Part shown: piece after piece, positions 1-11,816 of the stretch | Numbering within the stretch: position 1 is the stretch's first letter | Layout of the letters: each line of letters opens with the position of its first letter | Assembly: GCA_032718475.1 (NCBI GenBank) | Contig: JAUCBJ010008627.1 | Coordinates: forward strand, 22,763-86,762 | DNA: 64,000 bases | Direction: 5' to 3' | Source: Nemertoderma westbladi | Taxonomy: Eukaryota > Animalia > Xenacoelomorpha | Notes under the pieces: model-generated | What the model saw: the letters and a program-made list of their open reading frames with translations, nothing else | Databases searched by the model: none | What the model was told of the DNA's origin: nothing | Position numbers and translations under genes: made by a program

Positions 1-683
1 ATAGACGGAACTATAACTGCCGTCACTAGAGCTAACCCTATTAACAAAGAACCACAAACATTGAAGGGAGTTTTAAACCCTTGATATTCATAAAGAGAAG
101 CACCTACAAGAGGCCCGATAACACTCCCCAACCCTATGAAAAACTCCATAAATCCCGTCACAAAATTAATATCTTCACGGAACTCTGAAATAACTGCGGA
201 ATATGAAGCGGTGTTAGCCAGGGACAGACCGATAGCGGAAAGAATGCGAAACAAAATTGAGAGATAAAGGAATTGTGTGTAATTCATAACATATTCCAGA
301 CAACCGAAAGCTATTGTTGAAATTCCATATAAAAATAAACCAAAAATAAACCCTCGTTTAGCTCTTATGTAATTCATGTATATCCCTGAAATCACGGATG
401 TTATTGCGCCAGCGATGGCGAATATCCCAATTACAATTCCGATTTCTGTAGAATTCAGGCCTCTTTTCGTGGCTTCGATTGGGTAAAACGGACCACCAAG
501 GGCATATCCTGTGAATCCTATGAAATTACTCAAACACGCTATTGATAACAAAGAATATCTCTCCCATTTCTTCATAGGTACTGGTAATAATTCATCTAAG
601 GAATGCTCCTCTTCCAGAACGTCATTGCAAGTTGTACTTTCAATGGGAATTGGTTTTTCATCCTTTTGCCGAATTAATTCCAT
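1..683 (-). CDS. SLC18B1: MFS transporter, SLC18B1-like, N-terminal ~227 codons; continues past the window edge
   Basis: Manual translation from ATG at 683 gives MELIRQKDEKP...SNFIGFTGYALGGPFYPIEATKRGLNSTEIGIVIGIFA...MEFFIGLGSVIGPLVGASLYEYQGFKTPF, open to position 1. The PFYPxEAxKRG and GLGxxIGPxxGxxLYxxxGFxxPF motifs are typical of SLC18B1-type MFS proteins. Not in the ORF track because no stop codon falls inside the window. Confidence 0.8.
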   Translation of the reverse strand, partial: MELIRQKDEKPIPIESTTCNDVLEEEHSLDELLPVPMKKWERYSLLSIACLSNFIGFTGYALGGPFYPIEATKRGLNSTEIGIVIGIFAIAGAITSVISGIYMNYIRAKRGFIFGLFLYGISTIAFGCLEYVMNYTQFLYLSILFRILSAIGLSLANTASYSAVISEFREDINFVTGFMEFFIGLGSVIGPLVGASLYEYQGFKTPFNVCGSLLIGLALVTAVIVPS

Positions 684-854
684 CTCAAATATGACAAGAT
701 GAGGATAAAATGTAAATCCGAAATATAAAGCTCTTTATAACATTTTATATGTAAAATATTTATTTATATTTTATAAGCTAATTTGAAATATAAATTAATT
801 GTAAGACGTATGAAATAAATAAAAGCCATGCGGTGTAAATGTCAATATATTATT

Positions 855-960
855 AATATATGGCTAAATACTGTATATAAAGGATGATACCGTATAATAT
901 ATGGCTAAATACTGTATATAAAGGATGATACCGTATAATATATGGCTAAATACTGTATAT
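855..960 (+). repeat. 41-bp tandem repeat (~2.5 copies, resumes at 1650 after an insertion)
   Basis: CTGTATATAAAGGATGATACCGTATAATATATGGCTAAATA starts at 871 and 912; the third copy at 953 is interrupted and continues at 1651. Confidence 0.9.
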
Positions 961-1649
961 GCTGGAGCCAGTAGTAAGGGAGCAGTTGGAGGAAGGTGAC
1001 GGGACAGGGCTGCGGTGCGATGTAGGGATTAGGGGCGCGTTTAACGTGCAGACTCAGGCGTTGATCGATATCAGGTCAACCAACCTTGACGCCGAGTCGT
1101 ACGTTAACCGCGCTCCTATGACCGTTCTCGAGGCGGCGGAGGACGAGAAGAAGCGGCTATACGCGGCTGCTGTAGCAGCTCGTCGCGGCGATTTCTCTCC
1201 CTTCGTGGCTTCGTGCGACGGAGTGTTGGCACCGCAGGCCAATAGACTGCTCAGAGTCATAGCCACCAGACTCCATGCATCCTGGGGGAAACCCTACGCG
1301 ACAGTCATGGGATGGGTCCGGACGCGAATATTATTCGCCATCGTCCGTGGCACATCCCACTGTCTGCGCGGATCCCGCATGCGGTGGGGTGGCGCAGTGG
1401 CCTGGGGCTAGAGGACGGCGCTGGTCTCCCCTCCATGGCGGATTAGAACAGTAGTACAGCAACAAGTACTGAAGTAGCAAGTATGTAGGCCAGTCAGTTT
1501 GAATTTCCCTCCAATATTTGTATCACTTTTTACTATTTAAACTGTAATAATTACAATAATTGGTGATGGGTTTCTCTCATTGTATACTGTATGTATTACG
1601 TGTCTAATATATTGCACTAAATAGTTACTTGAGTACATAAAATTACTAG
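961..1649 (+). mobile_element. 5'-truncated CRE-like (RLE-type) non-LTR retrotransposon: restriction-like endonuclease C-terminus plus 3' UTR
   Basis: ORF 959-1411 has RCDVGIRG...IDIR...AESY...EDEKKRLY...FSPFVASCDG...WVRTRILFAIVR...CLRGSR, the RLE signature of CRE-type elements. The usual GLGLEDGAGL tail is in a shifted frame, apparently from a GGTGG duplication near 1385. 9-bp TSD ACTGTATAT at 952-960 and 1650-1658. Confidence 0.75.
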
Positions 1650-2119
1650 ACTGTATATAAAGGATGATATATAGGCCTACCGTATAATATATGGAACGAA
1701 TAAAACATTAATGCCCGGCCCGTCAAAACAGCATTCAATTCGTATCATATAAATAATTTGAAAAGCATAAAACCGACTAATAGATTTTATGATCTTCGAT
1801 CTGGTTTCCTATAATCTTAAGTTACTGGGCCTGTCTAATTTATTGAATTGCAGATATAATTCCGACAAAATACTGATATGGTACAGTAGGTCCAGTGTTG
1901 GATTATAGAAGGCATCCGATACTGTAGATCGCCGGTGAACAATGTTCGAATTTAACCGATGAAAAAATGTTCAAATTTTTGAGAACCTGGTGAAAATAGA
2001 GGCAATAATGATATAGGGGGGATATAACCTACAGTACTACAGTATTATAGTACTGTAGGTAATGTAGGGGAGAATAAAATAATAACATGAATAATATTTT
2101 ATTATAGCCATATATTAGG

Positions 2120-4580
2120 CCACAATGACCTTACTGAGGCGCGGAATGAGTACCACCGGCTCATGCACACTAGAACAGCCAAGGCTGCATCTAGAGGTCC
2201 CTTAAGGCCCGTTCACATCCAACGGAACGGTACACCGCGCGGTGTACCGCAGGGCCAGCGGTGCACCGCTGACTGTGAACGACCCAACAGGTAGTTATGC
2301 GCTAAACCGCGCGGTTTACCGCAGCCCATTTAAACAATGTTAAAAAAATAATGTAATTTCCTGTTGAATTCACAGTCGACAGATAGACAATCAGTTACCG
2401 CAACGGTACCGTTGGGTGTGAACGGGCTCCGGGTAGTGTGCCGCTGGCTTACCCCTTCAATACCGCCAGACTACTTTACCGCTAACGCACCGTTGGATGT
2501 GAACGGGGCTTAAATAGGCAGTACTCTGATTATCTGAAGGAGCATATCAATAAGCAGGTTGATGCCATTAACAATGCTGATGATAGCAGACAATCAGCTG
2601 AGGCATGGCAATCAATAAACCTTCCCATTGGGAGGAACGCTGTGCGAAAAACAACACAAACTTAAAACCATAAATTTGGATGAGATTAGGAACTACTTCA
2701 GACTACATACAGTACAGTAGGCCTAGTCTTACAAATGAAGAAAGTAGGTAGAGATAATTGAGAAGCATCTAGAATTATCGAATCACCTTCAACCATCATA
2801 CGCCATATCCAATCCAATCCAATAAGAGTATCATAAAAGAAAGAAAAATTGAAATACAACGTAAAATTGTTGATTTATACACGTAATTACTATCACCGTA
2901 CTGGTAACAATAAAGATAGTCTCTCAAATAAGACAAAAGAAACAAATAAGTTGGTCCCAGTCCCAAAGAAGGGCAACTTAACAATCTATGGCTCTTTTCA
3001 TGGAATCTAGTTAGTTGATCTCGATTGCTCAAAGCTATTCAATAGAATTATATTATATCGCATCAGGGATCCTGTTGAGAGACTGCTCCGTGGAAATAAG
3101 AATGGGTTCCGTAAAGGTCATGGCGCCATGGAGCCTATTCTAGTGCTTAGAAGGATTATCGAAGAGTTATCAACAAAGAAAGACAGACGTTTGGCTATTA
3201 TCTTTGTGGACACCTTTAAGGACTTCGATTCAGTCTCCCGACCACGTACAGTACGTTCAGCATACTGGCAGCCTAAGGGGAAATCATGGGCAACATTGAA
3301 TAGACTGTCTAGGATTTGTAAGTCCCATAGAATAAAACGGAATTTTAAGGTTCGATTATTTAGGGCAGCAGTAGAACCAGTACTCTTATATGGTAGTCCA
3401 TGCTGGGTTCCAACTGCAGAGGATCCCAAATCTCTGGTTGGCACTTTCACAAGAATGTTGCGCCGGGTTCACTGTGACATCTCAAATCAAACTCTCAAAA
3501 TCAAACATTGGATAACAATGTGTTATAGATTAGTTGTTTCAATAGTCTCCCCTAGCTTTACACTTGAAAAGAGCCAGTTCCGCTCTGCCGGTCATTGCTT
3601 TCGCCATGAGGACCAGTCAGTGCATAATCTTGTGCGTTGGCAGCCTCATGGAGTGAATTAGCATTGTGGACAGCCCAGAATTATCTTGAAACGTCTCTTA
3701 AAAGACACTGGCCTTGAAGATGCGGATGATCTATCAAATGTTATGGGTGATGTTATGGGTGATCAGCTCATTAGAACAGGCTGCTTCTAGTGTTGGTCTT
3801 TTTATTAACTCCAGAAAGACCAAAATTTTGACAGTTAACTTTGAAAGTCCTCAGCAAGTCTCTGACCCGATGAGCATAAGCTCAAAGGATGGTATGCTTG
3901 AGCATGTAGACGACTTCTGTTACCTGGGAACATGGATCCGGAAGTCAGGTGAGGACCTTCGAATACGTAAGGGAAAGGCGTGGGCAGCCTTGAATAGGCT
4001 TTCCAGGATTTGGAAGTCACCGAGAATTAATCGGAAACTTAAGGTCCGATTATTTAGAGCAGCAGTAGTTCCAGTACTCCTCTATGGGAGTCCATGCTGG
4101 GCTCTAACTGCTGAGGACACCAAATCTCTGGATGGCACATTCACAAGAATGCTACGCCGGGTTCATTGTGTCAAGTACAATGCACACATCTCCAACCAGA
4201 CACTATATAACATTGGAGGTGTCTCATTGGCTCCCCCAAGCTTGACACTAGAACAAAGTCACTGCGCTTTGCAGGACATTGCTTTCGCCGTGAGACCAGC
4301 TAGTGTAAGTGCATAATCTTGTGCTTTGGCAGCCTCATGGAGTGAATAAGCATGGTGGACAGCCCATGACATTCTTGAGACGCATCTTAAAGGGCACTGG
4401 CCTTGAAGATGCGGATGATCTAGCAAATGTCATGGGTGATAGGGAGTTGTGGCGGCGCAATTTTGTCGACAAGCCGGCACAGCATTCTTAAAAATGCAGC
4501 TGCAATGCAGCATGCCGATCCTAGTAGTAGTAGTAGTAAGGGTGATAGGGAGTTGTGGCGGTGCAATTTTGTCGACAAGC
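2120..4580 (+). mobile_element. Fragmented RTE-like LINE (pre-RT, RT and thumb pieces; 3' part present twice)
   Basis: Pieces read ...INNADDSRQSAEAWQSIN, VPVPKKGN, NGFRKG...LRRIIE...FVD...FDSV (3128-3661) and VGLFINSRKTK...FCYLG...LLYGSPCW (3714-4316). 3270-3750 is a diverged copy of 3965-4440. Boundaries are approximate. Confidence 0.75.
2206..2509. mobile_element. MITE (~300 bp) inserted in the LINE remnant; Harbinger- or Kolobok-like
   Basis: TIRs GGCCCGTTCACATCCAACGG / CCGTTGGATGTGAACGGGGC, flanked by TTAA at 2202-2205 and 2510-2513. An extra internal TIR-like copy lies near 2410-2428. Confidence 0.8.
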
Positions 4581-4616
4581 CGTATGTTTATATTAATTAA
4601 TATATGTAATACAGTA

Positions 4617-5336
4617 CAGGCCACCAGAAAACGCAGATTTGTTCGAATGTGAACACATTTGATCAATGTGTACCAGTGTGATGTAATGTTGTTGAACGGG
4701 ACAATTGAACATAATTAAACATATTAGAATTGCCAACAACCAAATTTTTTCGCCAAAGGATACATTTGAATACTTTTGAAACGCTTAGTAATATGGAAAC
4801 TCTCTGTAGTTTGCCGCGAACTGTCACTCACTGCAGCTGGAAATGCGATAAGGATTTTGTTTACCTTTATAGTGTGCGGTTAATACTGTAGTGTCTAGTA
4901 GGCCTATAATAGTTTAGTTAGTGATGTTAAGGCATCTTCTGGTCTTTCTCTGTGCCCTCTCGGTGTCAGACTAATGGCGCGACATCTCCCTGCACTAAAT
5001 TAATTATTCAATGGTATACTGTAGGCTCCTCCATCCACATACCCATCCACTCCCATACACTCCATGAACCTTCATGTGGTCTTGTATGCAGTTCTCTCTC
5101 TACCAATACAGCCCATGTCCACAATTTTACGCCCTGGAGGCTCTCTCATCTACCTGATATCAGACATACAGGCCGCACGCAAAGCTTTTGTCGGTCCCAG
5201 CAAGTCAGCCTCCTTCTGTGGGATCTAGAAGATAACTCGCCAATGAATTAGTGTAGTGACCTGCCAATCAGGTGACTTGATCAAATGTGTCCACTTGTGA
5301 TCACATTTGGTGAAATCTGGTTTTTCTGGTGGCTTG
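4617..5336. mobile_element. Non-autonomous TIR DNA transposon (~720 bp) with TA target duplication
   Basis: CAGGCCACCAGAAAACGCAGATTT at 4617 pairs with AAATCTGGTTTTTCTGGTGGCTTG ending at 5336. Subterminal CACATTTGATCAA/TTGATCAAATGTG. TA on both sides. Confidence 0.75.
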
Positions 5337-5377
5337 TAATGTATATATAATGCAGCGGCAATACAGCATACCGATAA

Positions 5378-6590
5378 AAGTAGTAGTAGTTGTAGTAGTA
5401 GGCCTACAGTAGTAGTAGTAGGTGTAGTAGTTTAGTAGTAGGCCTACAGTAGTAGTAGTAGTTGTAGTAGTAGGCCTACAGTAGTAGTAGTAGTTGTAGT
5501 AGTAGGCCTACAGTAGTAGGAGTAGTTGTAGTAGTAGGCCTACAGTAGTAGGAGTAGTTGTAGTAGTAGGCCTACAGTAGTAGGAGTGGTTGTAGTAGTA
5601 GGCCTACAGTAGTAGTACAGTAGTAGTTGTAGTAGTAGGCCTACAGTAGTAGTAGTAGTTGTAGTAGTAGGCCTACAGTAGTAGGAGTGGTTGTAGTAGT
5701 AGGCCTACAGTAGTAGTAGTAGTTGTAGTAGTAGGCCTACAGTAGTAGTAGTAGTTGTAGTAGTAGGCCTACAGTAGTAGTAGTAGTTGTAGTAGTAGGC
5801 CTACAGTAGTAGGAGTAGTTGTAGTAGTAGGCCTACAGTAGTAGTAGTAGTTGTAGTAGTAGGCCTACAGTAGTAGTAGTAGTTGTAGTAGTAGGCCTAC
5901 AGTAGTAGGAGTAGTTGTAGTAGTAGGCCTACAGTAGTAGGAGTAGTTGTAGTAGTAGGCGTACAGTAGTATTAGTAGTTGTAGTAGTAGGCCTACAGTA
6001 GTAGTAGTAGTTGTAGTAGTAGGCCTACAGTAGTAGGAGTAGTTGTAGTAGTAGGCCTACAGTAGTAGGAGTGGTTGTAGTAGTAGGCCTACAGTAGTAG
6101 TACAGTAGTAGTTGTAGTAGTAGGCCTACAGTAGTAGTAGTAGTTGTAGTAGTAGGCCTACAGTAGTAGGAGTGGTTGTAGTAGTAGGCCTACAGTAGTA
6201 GTAGTAGTTGTAGTAGTAGGCCTACAGTAGTAGGAGTGGTTGTAGTAGTAGGCCTACAGTAGTAGTAGTAGTTGTAGTAGTAGGCCTACAGTAGTAGTAG
6301 TAGTTGTAGTAGTAGGCCTACAGTAGTAGGAGTAGTTGTAGTAGTAGGCCTACAGTAGTAGGAGTAGTTGTAGTAGTAGGCCTACAGTAGTAGGAGTAGT
6401 TGTAGTAGTAGGCCTACAGTAGTAGGAGTAGTTGTAGTAGTAGGCCTACAGTAGTAGTAGTAGTTGTAGTAGTAGGCCTACAGTAGTAGTAGTAGTTGTA
6501 GTAGTAGGCCTACAGTAGTAGTTGTAGTAGTAGGCCTACAGTAGTAGGAGTAGTTGTAGTAGTAGGCCTACAGTAGTAGGAGTAGTAGTA
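5378..6590 (+). repeat. 32-bp minisatellite (~37 copies) built on (AGT)n and the GTAGGCCTAC palindrome
   Basis: Unit AGTAGTAGGCCTACAGTAGTAG(T/G)AGTAGTTGT repeats with minor variants. Confidence 0.95.
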
Positions 6591-7107
6591 TAGGTTAGTA
6601 AGACCCGCTACGTTATGAATGTATAGGCCCGTTGGTTCGGTTATACAGTTGCAGTAGTACTGTATAGGAAAACAATTTTGCGATTATTGAGATCGCTGGA
6701 ATTTCTACAGTACAGTAGGCCTACTACATTTAGTACCCGGTAGTTATTTTTTTATATAATTAATAAATAATTTACATGCCTAATAATACTACTAAAAGTA
6801 TCTTACTATTTATTATTTACAGTATTATCTATTCCTCGCATTATTTAGCTGCATTGTTTTATTGCATGTGAGTCATCAGACCAGTACAGTATAATCACAA
6901 TCTTGAATATCATTAATGCCGTTACAGAATAGCAGAAGGATTAGATTGCATGTTAATTAATTGTAGGCGGCCTACTAAAGTAAAATAGCCTATTATTATA
7001 CTGTATGAATATTTATTAAATTGTTTCCTCTCAATACCACATGTCACGACTTAAGAATTTCAGTATTATTAGGAACCGAGAGGTTCATTACTGTAAGAAT
7101 TGTTGGC

Positions 7108-7150
<43 letters not shown>

Positions 7151-10100
7151 CTGGCTGGCTAATCTACAGCCAAAACTACTCTAACGATTTTGATGAAATT
7201 TTCACAGCGTCTAGATACCGCGATTCTAATGTCCCTGGTATGTTCCGCTATATCGTCCATGAGCCGTGGGCTCAAAAAATAGACATAAACGAAAAAACGC
7301 CATAGGCGCAATGGTAAAATAACACCAATGACAGCTGGTGTCCTGATAAAAATGGCTTATGTAATGCATTTCTACACAAGGCTTAGTAATAAATCGATGA
7401 GGTTGCCAAGATTACTGTACTTGGTACACCCATACTGTTTGTTTAGGCCCTTGGACACTCTGTCAAAGCAAATATTAACTGGTTGGTTTAGTTTGAAATC
7501 TATTATCGCCTCAGCTGAATTACTCTTCCCAATGCATTCTATGGGAATATCTCACTCTGCTAATGTAAGCTGAATGACTTAAGTACACTTGTTGGCTACA
7601 TTAATGCCAACATTATTGCAAAATGTTTTATTGTTGGATTACTCTCTGTCACTTTCCCCTTCAGAACATTGTATTGGGAATTTACTTTAGTTTACTCTAC
7701 TGTGCCATTCAGCTGAATGGATTTGAGCGATTGCCAAGTTACAGAGTTGGATCATTCTCTGACCATAGGCAAAGACATCAAATCTTTTTAAAAAGATACT
7801 TTTTCCATGTTTTTTTCTGGCCAAAAATTAAAAAAAAAAATTTTTCGTAGCCAGTACTGCCAATCGATTCGCCATCAAAAATAACGCAAAAAATTTTTTT
7901 TGCAAAATTTTAAATTACTGTAAATTTTTGGCGACTGGGGGGGGGTCAATTTTTTTCGATCCGCTATAACTCCGGAACGCTTTGTCCAAATTCGATGGGG
8001 TTTTTATTTTTCAACATAATTCGATGTCCTCTTTCAGCCTATCCATGTTTCGAAACCCCAAACAGCGCCGTTCAAAAATTAATTTTTTCTAGTTCTAGAA
8101 TTTTACAAATTTCAAAAAAGTTGCAGTATTTTATTCACGCCTTTACGGAATTCGATAGCGTTTTCGATTTTTATATTAAACGCAATATCCTGAATCTCAC
8201 TAGCCTAGTTTCGCGTCACCAATTCCAAGACTTCATACATTTTGAGGAAAATTTTTCTAGAATAATTTTTAATTAATTACATTTATCGCGATTTCTTATT
8301 ACTGGTTGCACATGAATTGATGGAGTTTTAATTTATTAACTAAACACGATATCGCGCATTGCACCAGTGTGGTTACGAAATTCCAAAACGAGGTCTTCAC
8401 TAGTTGCAGGTCGATTTTGTTCTAGAATTGAGCAACTAATAATACAGTAAGTAGATCGAATTTATTAGGAACCCAGAGGTTCATTACTGTAAGAATTGCT
8501 CGTGGCTGACTGACTGGCTGGCTGGCTGGCTGACTGATCTACAGCCAAAACTACTCTAACGATTTTGATGAAATTTTCACAGCGGCTAGATACCGCGATT
8601 CTAAGGTCCCTGGTATGTTCCGCTATTTCGTCCATGAGCCGTAGGCTCGAAAAATAGACATAAACGAAAAAACGCCATAGGCGCAATGGTAAAATAACAC
8701 CAATAACAGCTGGTTTCGTGATGAAAAATGGCTTATGTAATGGATTTCTACACAAGGCTTAGTATAAATCGATGAGGTTGCCAAGACTATTGTACTTAGT
8801 ACACCCATACTGTTTGTTTAGGCCCTGCACTCTCTGTCAAAGCAAATATTAACTGGTTGATTTAGTTTGTGGTTCTACACAGGCTTAGTATAAATCGATG
8901 AGGCTGCCAACTGCAATCTATTACCGCCTCAGCTGAATAACTCTTCCCCCTGCTGAATGACTATTAGGTATACAGTGTATCGGCTACATTAATGCCAACA
9001 TTAATACTGTGGAGGCTGTATGCTTATAAGGTGGAATGTTTACTCAGCCTTATACTGATACTCTGTAAGGCTAAGACCAACATTATTGCAAAATGTTTTA
9101 TTGTTGGACTCTCTGTCAGTCTCCCCTTCAGAACATTGTATAGGGAATTTAGTTTAGTTTACTCTACTGTGCCATTCAGCTGAATGGATTTGAGCAATTG
9201 CCAAGTTACAGAGTTGGATCATTCTCTGACCATAGGCAAAGACATCAAATCTTTTTAAAAAGATACTTTTTCCATGTTTTTTTTCTGACCAAAAATTTAA
9301 AAAAAAAAATTTTCGTAGCCAGTACTGCCAATCGATTCGCCATCAAAAATAACGTAAAAAATTTTTTTTGCAAAATTTTAAATTACTGTAAATTTTTGGC
9401 GACTGGGGGGGGTCAATTTTTTTCGATCCGCTATAACTCCGGAACGCTTTGTCCAAATTCGATGGGGTTTTCATTTTTCAACTTAATTCGATGTCCTCTT
9501 TCAGCCTATCCATGTTTCCAAACCCCAAACAGTGCCGTTCAAAAATTAATTTTTTCCAGTTCTAGAATTTTACAAATTTCAAAAAAGTTGCAGTATTTTA
9601 TTAACGACTTTACGGAATTCGATAGCGTTTTCGATTTTTATATTAAACGCAATATCCTGAATCTCACTAGCCTAGTTTCGCGTCACCAATGCCAAGACTT
9701 CATACTTTTTGAGGAAAATTTTTCTAGAATAATCTTTATTTAATTACATTTATCGCGATTTCTTATTACTGGTTGCACATGAATTGATGGAGTTTTCAAT
9801 TTATTAACTAAACACGATATCGCGCATCGCACCAGCGTGGTTTCGAAATTCCAAAACGAGGTCTTCACTAGTTGCAGGTTGATTTTGTTCTAGAATTGAG
9901 CAACTAATAATAGATCGAATTTATTAATAATTATTGTATGAAATATGATTGTATTTTTACATAATTATTTGTTCTATACTAATTCTCGTTGTCTCTATTA
10001 TTTATTAAAATAAAAAGTCGGTTCCTTATCGGGCCGCTAGGCCCGTCACTAGTTAGGAACCGAGAGGTTCATTACTAGTTAGGAACCGAGAGGTTCATTA

Positions 10101-11747
10101 CTGTAAGAATTGTTGGCTGATTGACTGGCTGGCTGGCTGGCTGACTGGCTGGCTGGCTGGCTGATCTACAGCCAAAACTACTCTAACGATTTTGATGAAA
10201 TTTTCACAGCATCTAGATACCGCGATTCTTTAGGAACCGAGAGGTTCATTACTGTAAGAATTGTTGGCTGATTGACTGGCTGGCTGGCTGGCTGACTGGC
10301 TGGCTGGCTGGCTGATCTACAGCCAAAACTACTCTAACGATTTTGATGAAATTTTCACAGCATCTAGATACCGCGATTCTAAGGTCCCTGGCATGATCGG
10401 CTACTCCGTCCATAGCCTCTGGGCTCGAAAAATAGAGATAAACGAAAAAAACGCCATAGGCGCAATGGTAAAATAACACCCATGACAGCTGGTGTCCTGA
10501 TGAAAAATGGTTTATGTAATGCATTTCTACACAAGGCTTAGTAATAAATCGATGAGGTTGCCAAGATTATTATACTTAGTACACCCATACTGTTTGTTTA
10601 GGCCCTGCACTCTCTGTCAAAGCAAACATTGACTGGTGGTTGGTTTAGTTTGAAATCTATTATAGCCTCAGCTGAATTACTCTTCCCAATGCAATGTATG
10701 GGAATATCTCACTCTGCTATTGTAAGCTGAATGACTTAAGTACACAGTGTGTTGGCTACATTAATGCCAACATTATTGCAAAATGTTTTATTGTTGGATT
10801 ACTCTCTGTCAGTCACCCCTTCAGAACATTGTATAGGGAATTTACTTTAGTTTACTCTATCTACTGTGCCATTCAGCTGAATGGATTTGAGCGATTGCCA
10901 AGTTACAGAGTTGGATCATTCTCTGACCATAGGCAAAGACATCAAATCTTTTTAAAAATATACTTTTTCCATGTTTTTTTTTCTGACCAAAAATTTCAAA
11001 AAAAATTTTTTCGTAGCCAGTACTGCCAATCGATTCGCCATCAAAAATAACGCAAAAAATTTTTTTTGCAAAATTTTAAATTGCTGTAAATTTTTGGCGA
11101 CTGGGGGGGGTCAATTTTTTTCGATACGCTATAACTCCGGAACGCTTTGTCCAAATTCGATGAGGTTTTCATTTTTCAACTTAATTCGATGTCCTCTTTC
11201 AGCCTATCCATGTTTCGAAACCCCAAACAGCGCCGTTCAAAAATTAATTTTTTCTAGTTCTAGAATTTTACAAATTTCAAAAAAGTTGCAGTATTTTATT
11301 AACGCCTTTACGGAATTCGATAGCGTTTTCGATTTTTATATTAAACGCAATATCCTGAATCTCACTAGCCTAGTTTCGCGTCACCAATGCCAAGACTTCA
11401 TACTTTTTGAGGAAATTTTTTCTAGAATAATTTTTATTTAATTACATTTATCGCGATTTCTTATTACTGGTTGCACATGAACTGATGGAGTTTTCAATTT
11501 ATTAACTAAACACGATATCGCGCATCGCACCAGCGTGTTTTCGAAATTCCAAAACGAGGTCTTCACTAGTTGCAGGTCAATTTTGTTCTAGAATTGAGCA
11601 ACTAATAATAGATCGAATTTATTAATAATTATTGTATGAAATATGATTGTATTTTTACATAATTATTAGTTCTATACTAATTCTCGTTGTCTCTTTTATT
11701 TGAAATAAAAAGTCGGTTCCTTATCGGGCCGCTAGGCCCGTCACTAG

Positions 11748-11785
11748 TTAGGAACCGAGAGGTTCATTACTGTAAGAATTGTTGA

Positions 11786-11816
<31 letters not shown>

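Noticed and set aside
2730-3032. Hydrophobic minus-strand 78-aa ORF inside the LINE debris
   Set aside because: Short, partly antisense to LINE sequence, and has no recognisable family or splice support.
9198-9743. Recurrent 93-181 aa F/K-rich ORFs (MATGGGQFFS..., MCRNPLHKPFF...) in array units
   Set aside because: Shared only because the DNA is repeated; frames break at homopolymer length changes and no domain motifs are present.
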